64,000 nt of DNA, from positions 22,765 through 86,764 of the forward strand of contig FLMG01000893.1 of NCBI GenBank assembly GCA_900088475.1, written 5' to 3'. Source of the stretch: Hyphochytrium catenoides. Lineage: Eukaryota > Protista > Hyphochytriomycota. This document shows, in pieces, positions 12,961-23,908 of this stretch (positions within the stretch are counted from its first letter, which is position 1; each line of letters opens with the position of its first letter). The notes under the pieces are model-generated. The model saw only the letters and a list, made by a program, of their open reading frames with translations. It was not told where the DNA came from and searched no databases. Made by a program: the position numbers and the translations under genes.

Positions 12961-13463
12961 TGAAGGGATGCCGGTACAAAGGGCAAGCTCCCATTGTTCT
13001 TTGCCCATAGAGCTCACAGCTGCGAAGCTCATTAACAGACAGCACCGAGAGAGAGGAGATCTTGGATAGCTTCCAGGCATAGAAACTTCCCTATCCCCAC
13101 GTCCATACTCCTAAGGCAGACAGGAACTCATCAATATCCTCAAAAGCCAGAAGGTGTCCCCAGGCCAGACCCTAAGTCTGTTACTCAGGCACCTTTAGCT
13201 TGTCAGCGAGCGATCCACACTTCTGCCATAATCTCCCTTGGACCTCAGACCCTCTTCGGGAAGCTGGAGCTCCTACGTCCGTATTCGTATCTCCTTTGGG
13301 TCCCAACGTTATATGCGCACTTCTTTTCCCCTTAACATTCTGAGGCAAGTCCCTGGCTTATTGCACTTCTGTCGAATCTGTGATCTGAGCTGATCGCGCT
13401 GAAGAGAGAGAAGTCAGAACCATTGGGCTACCGTTCACTTACAGAGCAAGCACACCTGGGACC

Positions 13464-16238
13464 ATGGAGGAGACTTGCTCTGTAGGGGAAACAGCTGCCT
13501 GTGCTCCAGCCCTTTCTTCTTCCTGTGGACACTGTGCAGGTCATCAACAATGCGAAGCACTCTCCAGTGATTCCTCTGGGTCCGAAAGTTGTCGCCAAAT
13601 CCGTCAAAGCTCGCCTGACACTACTGACTCCTATCAACCCCCAGTCAGCTCCCCATCTCCTACGAGTAGGACATTGCCACCGACTACTAATGCTCCTCCT
13701 AGCAGGAAAAGATCACTGCGCGACATGGGTTGGAAGTATCCCTACGAATATGATGTAGGTTTCTTCTGGTTCGGCAAGGGAAACAGGTGTAAGAAGCACC
13801 CTGTTCCCCCGACTGCCCTCTCCCCTACCAAGATATCCGCGTCTCCTCCCTCACCTTCTTGTACTGCCTCGGAAAGAGATGTATGCGAGTACTTTGACCC
13901 TTCAAAGCCTAGCATTATCTACGTGCATGGATGGGAGCCGGGAAAGACGAAGATCGGCTGGAGAGAAAGCTTCAATTGGATGGAAAATCTTCCAGGTTAT
14001 TCTACCTCTATAGATCATAACTTTGGAGACGATTGGATAGACGCAGGATACAATCTAGGGATATTCTACTGGAGCGAATTTGCGGATGAGCCGCTTGTGC
14101 ACTTTGCCGAGAGCAAAATATGGACTGTGAATGGCCTCACCGGCATGAGGTAAGACGAGAGGGAAACCATATGTAATCTAGGCTAAGAGAAAGTATACGA
14201 GAAAGAGTACATGGGGCCAAGGCGACAACGGTATAAGGCATACTGGATCTGAACCATCACTCTGAAGATGGGTCTTCGTAGGTACCGCACACTGAACAGG
14301 GAGACCGGAAAGGTATCATTTGTGTACGTCGACACGTCCAAAGATGGGAAATTTCCAGGTAGGCTGAAAGGGATAAACAGCTTTCTTCTAAGCCTCTTGA
14401 TTTGTGGCTGTCTGTCCAGCTGCTATCTCACTCTTGAACGCCTTTTTTGCGGTCTCTAGCCCTGAACGCGCTTCCGCATTGCCTCAATGTTCAATGGGTT
14501 TGTTGAAATCCTGACAGTGCTAACTTTTTCTCTTTATTCGATCCTGGTAGACGGCATGCCTGTATGCACCGTGGCTGAGATTTTCGTAAAGTTGTATGTG
14601 CATATCTTTCAAAAAAACTGCTACACGGGGCAGTCCGTCAGGGTAGTCGGTCACTCTACAGGTCCGTTAAGCACCATAATGGTAGTTGAACAAGTGGGAG
14701 AATTTTGATTGAGAGACCTTGCGGCAATCACATATGGGTCTGGGCAATACTTGCCTGCAATACTCGTCAGCAACTTTGAGGTCCACCCCGATCATCCTAC
14801 TTGTCGCCTCTGACCTCATACGCTTGCATTAACACTACGCTAATATGCCTTTTTCATCCCCTACATTTGCTCTAAATCCCGCTGCGAAACTCCAGGTTCC
14901 CAATTGGCCATTCACGCAACAAAGCTTCTCTACGACCATTACGACCAGTTTCCTCTATTCCTTCCGCCTACCAGAGTGGCACTCATTGACGTGTACTTCT
15001 CCAAGTTTCGCAAGAGCTATCTTAACGGAGTATCTACAGGAAGACAGTGTTTCGAGGAAGCACGGTACCTTGTGACAAAGAAGTACGAACCAAGGTTTCT
15101 TCGTGGTCGCTCTTTTCGTGGCAGACTATGATCCTTTACCCCCTTCAGTTTGGTTGTCAAGCTCCGTACCTCCCTTGCCTACACAAACAGCTTTTAGCGA
15201 GGGTGAAGAAAGCTACACTTAACTCCGCTGATCACTCAACCCCGCTGATCACACCATCTTTACTTTGTAATCTCCCCCACATTGTTAACTCGCAGGGAGG
15301 TCCTGTTGGAGCAGTACAAGAGCTCAATCATTAGCGACTTATGGATCATTGGCGACCCCAACGAGAGATTGAGGACTCTGTGCGGCGTGTATGTCATTCT
15401 CAAGCTTGAGAACATCCACCATCTTAGCTTGGAAGCAAGGCAAGTCTCTTCCTTCCCTATTAGCGGTCGGCTGACTTACCTTGGAAATATTCGTTCTCCC
15501 GCCTAGGGAAGTGTATGTGGTGGTTGTTCCCACTTTCAATTCTAATGTTGTTCGTCACCCCTGGTGTAGGCACATGAGTGGCCCCAATCAATACTTCCAC
15601 TTCCTCTCAGAGCTGCAGGGTTCCAAGGTTGAGCTAGTGGAGAGTCCAGAGGATAGCACGAACATCGCAGATGAGATTCGACTTTTTGTTCGAAGACTGT
15701 CGGATACGAGACTGAAGAGGCCTGTAGAAGGTTAGACTTCTTAGCCCTTTTTGCTACTACGCTTTTAGAACTCGATTACTTAATGCTACTTCTGAAGGCT
15801 CTGTGTTGGACTCCTGTATAGTTTACTTGCTTATAGTCTAACGCTTCGACCTATTCTAATCCTTTTTTAACGAAGCTAAGTAGATCATGCTTCCCCCGGC
15901 TGGTCGAGTGCATGCAGAGGTCCTTTTTGCTGCGGGAAGGTATCCTAAGCTCTAATCCCTGCCTTTCCCGTATTCCAACAGTAACGTCACGGACATCTAT
16001 GCCTCCAGAAGATCATGAGTTGAGGTTCTTTATGTCCAGACCCGTTGTGCTTTATGAGCTGGGTCCTTCCCGATTCAAACTCACATGGGCTAGCACCAGA
16101 CCCGCGGACGAAGGGAAAGCAGATTCTACCTCATTCCGGCGGGGCATGGCAGATACTGTTGCTGCTCTTATAAGTGCCCGGCTGACACCTGCTGTTGCCC
16201 CTCCTAATCTGTCGGAGTCTCATTTGCCCCATTCCTGA
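13464..16238 (+). CDS. Alpha/beta-hydrolase-fold protein (lipase/esterase-like, GHSTG nucleophile elbow); exons 13464-14149, 14282-14358, 14551-14661, 14896-15082, 15296-15439, 15570-15730, 15982-16238
   Basis: YFDPSKPSIIYVHGW, GYNLGIFYWSEFADE, VRVVGHSTGSQLA, RVALIDVYFS, LEARHMSG; all junctions in phase; intron 15440-15569 is GC-AG. Confidence 0.8.
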
Positions 16239-16741
16239 ATCTTCATTACCTAGTACCGCAGCCCTGAGCTTAGACAGTTTGACAGTTAATGAAGGACTGA
16301 ACAGCAAAGCTAGAGAGAGTGACCGACAGGAGGTCTCTGGGGAAACCTGAGAAACCTTGGCATATGTAACAGAGTAGACAAGAGGCCTATTGCACTCCGG
16401 CTATCTGTGGTATGCATCAGGTTATGGGGTACGATTTGTTCTACGCATGCTGGACCACGACTTCATATAGAGGGCAATACGACATAGAAGGATTATCTGT
16501 ATGTACAATGTACCCATGACTCATTTTACTAATCAGCGTCGACGCGAGATTGCAGACTGGCTTCTTCAACTAACCGTAGATGGGAGCCCACTGTTTCTCT
16601 CCCTTCCTATCTCTCAGTATAGCCTCTTTCTCACCTTTTGCTGATGCTCTTTCATTCTCTTTAATGGATGGAAAAGCGACTACTGCCAGGGGTTAGCTTG
16701 GCTGCTTCTCTAACGTGATTGGCTCAGAAATATCCGGCACC

Positions 16742-18201
16742 CTAGTTCTTCTTGCTCCACTCGCGTAGCAGTTGCTCTCGCCAAGGATCCTCGACATAAG
16801 CATAAGGCATGCCGTCCCACCACTGGTTGGTGCTTAAGAGTAGGTCCCTAGACGGTGCGAAGCTGTTGCTTTCAGCTTCGAGGAAGGAAGCGGTTTGATT
16901 GCGTTGAGTAGACTTTTCTTCCATGGAGATGGAACAGAAATGAATCGATCCGAGAGGGCAACATCCACCCGTGCACCTTGTTCCTACGCGTCAATCATCG
17001 TAGAAAGGACAATAGAACCATTTGACAGGGGAGAAGATAGTTTAGAAACATTGATTGGAATAGGATGCGAGGGCCAATCTGTGCAGGTAAATGTCGCTAC
17101 AATGTCGTCACCAAGGGATATGAAAAAGAGCACGAAGACAGGGGTAGAGTAGCACCTTAAGGCAACCGACTACCTGTTCTCCTAAGAACGGTGACTTAGC
17201 GTTAAGCAAGAAAGGGAAACTAAGAGAGAAAAGGAAGTAGACAAACCACTGAAATGAGCAAACGGTAGAGATAGGGTCACCACAGACCACCTACCAATGC
17301 TCTCGAGAGCCATCTGCTGCAGGGTGACAAGCTTGTTCGGAGGGTTACGGTGGATATCTCCCTCTCGGTACTTGCAGTAACCTCTCTTGCAGAATCCAGC
17401 TCTGGAGAAGAAGAGATTGGGCAGAAGAAAGCAATATGAAGAGACAGCTCCGTCAACACGTCGACGCAGTGATGTGAGGCCATTACGAAGTTTACCTCGA
17501 GCAAAAGTTCACGATGTCAATTCGCTTTTGCAATGAGCAACCTCTCTCAGTCAGACAGCGGTACATCTTCCTGTCGAAGATAATAGAAAGGAGGTGAAAA
17601 GTTGAGAAGGTGCGCAGGATGAATTGCAACAAACATGGTTGTCACCCGCAAAGATCTTAGTCACTTCCAGGAGGAATTTAAGTGGACATTCCCTTTGTCT
17701 TTAGTACGATTTCACAAATATCCCTCTTAGAAAAGGTCTTACCCCGCACAAGGACACATTTTCCTATCGGCTAACTTAAAGCGTTCTGGACAGTTGAACT
17801 TGCACCACTCAATAGCCTCATCGGTACAGGCTGAAGCATTGATGAGAGAGGTAAGAGACGGGAATAACGGTAATAGAAGGGAAGCGGAACCAGTGGGATC
17901 GCTGCGGAGTTCGGATGCATGGTATCGTAGTGGTAAGATAGTGAAAGAGACGTTTGGGCTTACTTCCCACCGGGGGATACTTGGGGTAGCTTGTCTGAAG
18001 AGCAGCGGCGTACAGTTGATGGTAAGGCAGAGGAAGGAGGTGTCAGATTTGTACGGGCATAAAACACTTTCTTCACATCAACCATCTTATCCAGATCAGA
18101 GAGGAAGAGAGCTACTATCCTTCTACCTGCGCGAGGACCAATTGACTTGCGGTGCATAGAATCAAGATGAGAAGATTGAATCTTGAACCAGAAGTTGACA
18201 T
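16742..18201 (-). CDS. Orphan secreted cysteine-rich protein (about 205 aa); exons 18201-18127, 17994-17964, 17830-17743, 17570-17496, 17401-17295, 16983-16742
   Basis: Signal-peptide-like MSTSGSRFNLLILILCTASQLVLA|Q, then a 10-Cys segment CTDEAIEWCKFNCPERFKLADRKMCPCAGKMYRCLTERGCSLQKRIDIVNFCSRAGFCKRGYC; GT-AG exons sum to 618 nt in frame. Confidence 0.72.
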
Positions 18202-18392
18202 CTTAGGGCTTCCATAATAGCAGTAGGCAAAGGCCGGGCAGCTGTCTGGACGACTTTCGTCTTTCCCGCTTCTGCTTATTGTGTCCTGTACACCAAGGAG
18301 CATCGTTCGCTCTGTTTTCACTTTCTGTTAGCTTGGAGAAAATAGGCACAACTATGCCACACATTCTTCGAACCTGAAGATGCTGCCTGACT

Positions 18393-18550
18393 GGTTGGTA
18401 GGAAAGAAGGAAGAACTCTGTCGGGGTGAACTCGCCTGTTAAGAGGGCCAATGGAATCTGTCCATTGCCATTGACGGTTGGTAGGAAAGAAGGAAGAACT
18501 CTGTCGGGGTGAACTCGCCTGTTAAGAGGGCCAATGGAATCTGTCCATTG
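18393..18550. repeat. Near-perfect two-copy tandem duplication (period 83 bp)
   Basis: ggttggtaggaaagaaggaagaactctgtcggggtgaactcgcctgttaagagggccaatggaatctgtccattg at 18393 and 18476. Confidence 0.95.
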
Positions 18551-19582
18551 ACGAAAGGAGTGCGGCTAATAAGGCTGTTAATGGGAATCACTTGCAGACG
18601 TCATTCATCTTGTCTATGGCCCATTGGATGTAGAAAGTTCTTTTGATTGGTGGCCGGAGGTGGTGGCTCTAAGCCGTCTCCGCTAAAAGAAGACCTCTTC
18701 AAGCGGCAATAACACGCGCTCAAGTAGAGGACCACCGAGGAACCACCTAAGCTTAGGGACAGGACGACAAACGATTCCAAGAAGACTTATTGTCAACTAC
18801 TCCATCCTCGACATCACTTCTCCGCCCAAGGCGCCGTGGTGGCAACATCATCGATCCTTGATTCATCTCCTCACCCCTCCTCAATCAGTCATTATCATCT
18901 CAGCAACAAGAAGTGCAATAGTCGGAAGCAGATTCAGCCTGCGTGCATACGAGTAGTAGGAGGAGAGGCGGCGGACCTAGAAAGTGCACTATCCCACTGA
19001 CAGACAGCAGCCGCAGCAGAGAAGAGAGGAGGGAGAATCTTCCTAAAGTTCTATGTAACGGCCAACACCTGGATCCCCCTTCCACTATCAACACCTTCAA
19101 CCTTATCCAGAGAGCCCCCGGGAGCTCAAGCTGGGAAGGTTGACCTCTTATAATACGCCAAACTACTATAATCCAGCAGGATAGTTCTATACTTGGAGAG
19201 AGAAGTAGTAATCCAATGTTGAGCTTGTCAGAACTCTTTAGCGGCCATGCCTCAATCCTATTCCCCCTATGCCTTGACCAGCCACAGCGGGAAGACTCTT
19301 TAGTTTGAATCCTACGCCACCTTCTTGCTAGCTACTTGCAGCAGAATGAAGGACGTGGACCTGCACTGATGATTGCTCTCATCAACTCGCTTACCTTCTC
19401 AAGCTTTCTTAGTTGCTGATCTTCATGCAGTCGTGTTCACCGCCCTCTACGCCGCCGCATGCAGGAGAAGTATCGTGAAGTAGAGCATTGTCAACGAGCT
19501 CCTGTCTTCTTAGCTTTTGGCAAGATAGCTTGGCAAATCGGCTGACAGTCTGGTACATCATCTTCTCTCCTGGTGGGTAACA

Positions 19583-21148
19583 ATGGCTGATAGCAACGGA
19601 TCCTCGCTGCTGAAGCTCCTTCCAACGGTAGGAACGGCCCTTGCCGCAGGAGCATTAGGGTTTATTGCATCAAACCGCTCCCTCAAAACTTCAACAACGA
19701 GAAGCAAGGTCAAGGAACTCCCCATCTTCTATCGCTATGCTATTGACTACTCCATGCACCAAGAGCACAGGGAGAAACTCCTTGCCCGCTTCGCAAAGCT
19801 CAAAAATGTGCCCAGTCACAGCGCGATTATTCTTCAGGGTGGATCTGAACCTACTCGGTATGACACGGACGCGGGCATGATCCAGTTCCGGCAGGAGAGC
19901 TTCTTCTACTATCTGTTCGGCATCAATGAACCAGGGTGCTTTGGTGTCATAGATCTCGATAGCAAGAAGTCCATCCTATTCACTCCTTTCCTTGATGACG
20001 ACTATGAGCTTTGGCAGGGCCCAAGGCCAAAGAAAGAGGACATCAGAGCCAAATACGGAGTGGATGAGGTCTACTTCACCACGGAGATGGTAGAGGTGCT
20101 GCAATCAAGGAACATTCGCCGACTATACCGGTTGAAGGGTCTTAACACCGATAGCTTTGAGATCACGAAGACAACTGCGCAGTTTGAAGGGATGGATAAG
20201 TTTGAGCTTGAGGATAGCACATTGCACCCGGAGCTGGTGGAATGTAGAGTCTTCAAAACTCAGAAGGAGATCGACATCATGCGTTATATCACTAAATGCT
20301 CGTCCGAGGCACACATCCAGGTGATGAAGCGCGTCGTTCCGGGAATGTATGAGTACCAGATGGAAAGCCTTTTTTTGCACGAATGTTACTTCAGAGGGGG
20401 AGCGCGCTTCCATGCCTATGTCTGCATCTGTGGAGCAGGTCATAGCGCGTCGTTCTTGCATTATGGGACCAATGACAAGCTTATCAAGGATGGTGTTATG
20501 GTGCTGAACGATATGGGGAGCGAGTACCACGGCTACGCCTCTGACATTACTTGCTCATTTCCTGCCAATGGAAAGTTTACTGCTGATCAAAAGTTGATCT
20601 ACGAGGGCGTGCTTCTTGCCCATGACCGAGTGATAGAAGCAATGCGTCCCGGAGTATCCTGGCCAGATATGCACATGTTGTCCCACAGGGTGATGACCGA
20701 ATACTTCGTGAAGCATGGACTCTTCGTCAATGGTTCAGTGGATGAGCTCATGGCCGCGCATGTCTCTTCTTTCTTTTACCAGCATGGGCTCGGCCATCTT
20801 ATCGGCCTAGACGTCCACGATGTCGGTGGCTATCCAGGTGGCACTTCCCGCGCGAAGGAGCCACCAGAACTGCGACCTCTTCGGTGCGGGAGAATACTAG
20901 AAGAGGGTATGTGCATAACGGTGGAGCCCGGCTGGTACTTTATCGACGCGTTCATAGACAGAGCCTTTGCTGACGAGAAGGTGGCTAAGTACTTGAACCG
21001 CAGCATGGTTAATAAGCTCCGAGGCTTCGGCGGTGTAAGAATTGAGTCTGACGTGGTACTTGTTAAGGGAGGGGTTGAGAATTTGACTCATGTACCAAGA
21101 ACCGTGGACGAGATTGAGCGGCTAATGGAGAGTGGCAGCTGGAAATAG
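19583..21148 (+). CDS. PEPD: Xaa-Pro dipeptidase (prolidase, M24B), intronless, 521 aa
   Basis: FRQESFFYYLFG; metal-ligand motifs DMGSEYHGYASDIT, HGLGHLIGLDVHDVGGY, TVEPG, FGGVRIESD; PRTVDEIE. Confidence 0.95.
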   Translation: MADSNGSSLLKLLPTVGTALAAGALGFIASNRSLKTSTTRSKVKELPIFYRYAIDYSMHQEHREKLLARFAKLKNVPSHSAIILQGGSEPTRYDTDAGMIQFRQESFFYYLFGINEPGCFGVIDLDSKKSILFTPFLDDDYELWQGPRPKKEDIRAKYGVDEVYFTTEMVEVLQSRNIRRLYRLKGLNTDSFEITKTTAQFEGMDKFELEDSTLHPELVECRVFKTQKEIDIMRYITKCSSEAHIQVMKRVVPGMYEYQMESLFLHECYFRGGARFHAYVCICGAGHSASFLHYGTNDKLIKDGVMVLNDMGSEYHGYASDITCSFPANGKFTADQKLIYEGVLLAHDRVIEAMRPGVSWPDMHMLSHRVMTEYFVKHGLFVNGSVDELMAAHVSSFFYQHGLGHLIGLDVHDVGGYPGGTSRAKEPPELRPLRCGRILEEGMCITVEPGWYFIDAFIDRAFADEKVAKYLNRSMVNKLRGFGGVRIESDVVLVKGGVENLTHVPRTVDEIERLMESGSWK

Positions 21149-22581
21149 CTTAAAGTCTCAAGCGGTTAATATGGCAATAGTTTGGATTCTCAACTGAAAT
21201 CCATCTTGCTTGTTGCTCCGCTACGGCGCAAGTTTTTGAGAAAAGTTTTAGGGGACGAATCTCCTGTTAATGCTGCCCAAGAGAGCCTAAGGAATAAAAT
21301 TTGTCGAAGTGTGTCGGTCGCTTAGATGGTCTTTCACGGCCTGCGATGCAACTCTCTGCTATAGATTATCTAGCCTTTGTATCAGCTTTTGTTTGCTCAT
21401 CGAATGCCATAACTTTTCCTCGTTCCGGTGCTGGCGCCATCCATATCTGGCAACCCCCCGGTCTCGGAAGCTTGATAGCAGGGGTCCTTCCTAGGACATT
21501 GGGGGGTTCTCTCCATTCTCTTACGTGATGGCTTGCAGTCTGGCAATCGCTGCATCCCAGCATTGGCAGTAAACCGTAGTGTTTAGCAGATAGAGCTATC
21601 ATTCCCACTCAGTCTATGGATAAGTTGTTTCACTCTCTAACTAAGGACCATGAGTACTAAGTGGAGAGAGAAGAGGTCCTTGCTGAACAGTAGTACTAGT
21701 TGCAATCAGCAAGGGTGAGGTCTCTGCTGGTTGCCACAAGGCATTGACCTTTAGTTCTACTGATGGGAGGATGATGATGATGATGAGTGATGATCGTCTT
21801 GACCAGCCTGGCTATGAATGACAGAGCAGGTTGACAGCAAGAAGAGGTCATCACTACCCGAGTGCTGGTCAGAAGCATTTTCTAAGGGTTCCTGCTGTCT
21901 CGGCGAATACAATAACCCGAGTAATCTAAGACCTTACAGTTTGGCTGTTACTAGTAACCCGGGTAGTTTTGGAAGTATTGGTTAGCTCTTTTAGGGATAA
22001 CCATTGTCTGGTGCGATAACCCGAAAGGGCACTCGGGTTACGGTTATAGAAGAGTTCTGTTGTGGAAGAGTGCGGCCATCCTGTCTCCTGTCCTCTCACA
22101 TCACGTCTTCTTGCTTCCAGCTTCTTCAAGGTGAGGATGGCTTGGGCTTGAAGCTTGCCAATGACAATTGTTGACTGACGGTTCACGTGCTTTTGAAGTC
22201 AGGGTGTGAGTGACTGAAGGGCGTCGCGTCCTCCTGGCAAAGGGACCGGGGACAGTTGCTCTTCGCATTAAGAAGGACGAGTCTGGTTACTCTGATCAAG
22301 GGGGAAGCTGAGATCATCCCGAGGCAATCTCACCATCGTACAGTGCTTCTAGCTTACCGCGTGTTGGGCCTCACGGTGAAAACTGGCCAATCCTTCATCT
22401 TTACCTCTTTCTATTCCGAAACTGCGTCCTCCTGACGCCATACATCTACTCCTCATCAAGGGGAACGCAGCAGGGAAAGGGATGTGGTAACCTTCTTATC
22501 CCAATACTTCAAGGACTACCAACCAGCTTCTCAGTCATTCCGTTGATCGCTCCTCTGCTGTTACGGGCTCTTTCGATCACC

Positions 22582-23908
22582 ATGTTGGGCAGTAGCACCT
22601 CCACCATCACTTCTTGGCTTCTACAGACATTGAATCCCTGCTTGATGGCAGCGGCCGCAGCCAGGCGGCAAAGAGAGGCAGATGAAGAGGAAGATGAGGC
22701 TTTGCTCAAGGTCAATCCAGTTTTCTATGCGTGACTCGTTGTCTCCCTCTTCCACCCCTTAAAACGTTCTCCTGCTGTTCTACACGTTGCTCATCTCAAA
22801 GGTCCACTGGCGGAGGGTAAGCTTTTGAACTTTTCAGGTGTTATCGCTGACTCATTTCCCTCCTTCTACGTTAGGAAGAACAAGATGACATTGATGAGTC
22901 AACGAGTAACTATCACGCCGCCAGGGATTCGGGAATCGTGGAAGGGGCGACACAGCAGCTAAAGCTTACTGTTAATCAGATGCGAACTGCCTTCCGACTG
23001 TAAGTAGGCCCATATAAGGCGACTAGCTGAGGCATCGTGGGCTAGCCCTTCTGAGGTCTTCACGTATGCCCATCTGTCAAACATACCCCTGTCTGATTGG
23101 CGTGGTCTGACCTCTCTCGATCTGTGTCCTATGGCAGCACCACTGATCACCTTGAAGTCGAAGAAGACCACCGAGGTAACCGCCTTTTCGAAGTAGTGGA
23201 GACGATCAGGTCTGACGATCCTGTTTACGGTAGGCTTCAATGGAGCAGACAAGGCAGGCTTAGAGTTTCAGTCGGAAAAAGATGACTTGTCGCCCAAAAA
23301 GCAACCTAGCGCTTACTGGGTGCCCGTAAGCCCAACTTCACTACCAGAGCCCAGGTCTTCAAGGTTCTCTTTGATCAGCAGAGAGAAAGAAAACGAGGGT
23401 CACAGCGAGTGCGGAAGCAAGCAGGTGATGGACTGGCTGAAGTCTATACGGTTAGAAGAGGTGCGGCCCCTGCTGCTCTAGTATTGCTCAAACCTTCCAA
23501 TACCTTCTCACTGCCAAGAGGCTCCTATTGAGCACCTTGCTATCTTTACGCTAGTCTGACCCGGAGCCTTGCTCATACCTACCACCAATAGTCCTCCACC
23601 TCTTAGCACCTTCTCACAACCCCTCAATTTTGGGGTTCCTTTTCTTTTGACACATTTGCATTTGCTGGTCCTCTCTTCTCCTCCTCTTCTTCCTTATGTA
23701 GTACTGGTCTCTCTTTGAAGAGAGCGGGTATGATGACATGGACGTCATCCTGGAGCTAGATGAGGGCAAGCTTAGGCAAGAAATTGGTGTACTGAAGCCA
23801 GGGCATGTTAGGCGACTGCTTCTGGAGGTCAGCAGATTGAGAAGTCAGAGGATAGAGGAGGGCAAGCGGGAAGACGCTGCGCAAAGAGCCTTGGCTCTTA
23901 CCGCGTAA
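22582..23908 (+). CDS. Small SAM (sterile alpha motif) domain protein, multi-exon
   Basis: The last two exons splice to VMDWLKSIRLEEYWSLFEESGYDDMDVILELDEGKLRQEIGVLKPGHVRRLL (SAM consensus); stop TAA 23906-23908; 5' exons less certain. Confidence 0.75.

Noticed and set aside
12600-13069. ORFs with poly-ER or poly-LS across the gap
   Set aside because: Artefacts of the (CT)n microsatellite and Ns
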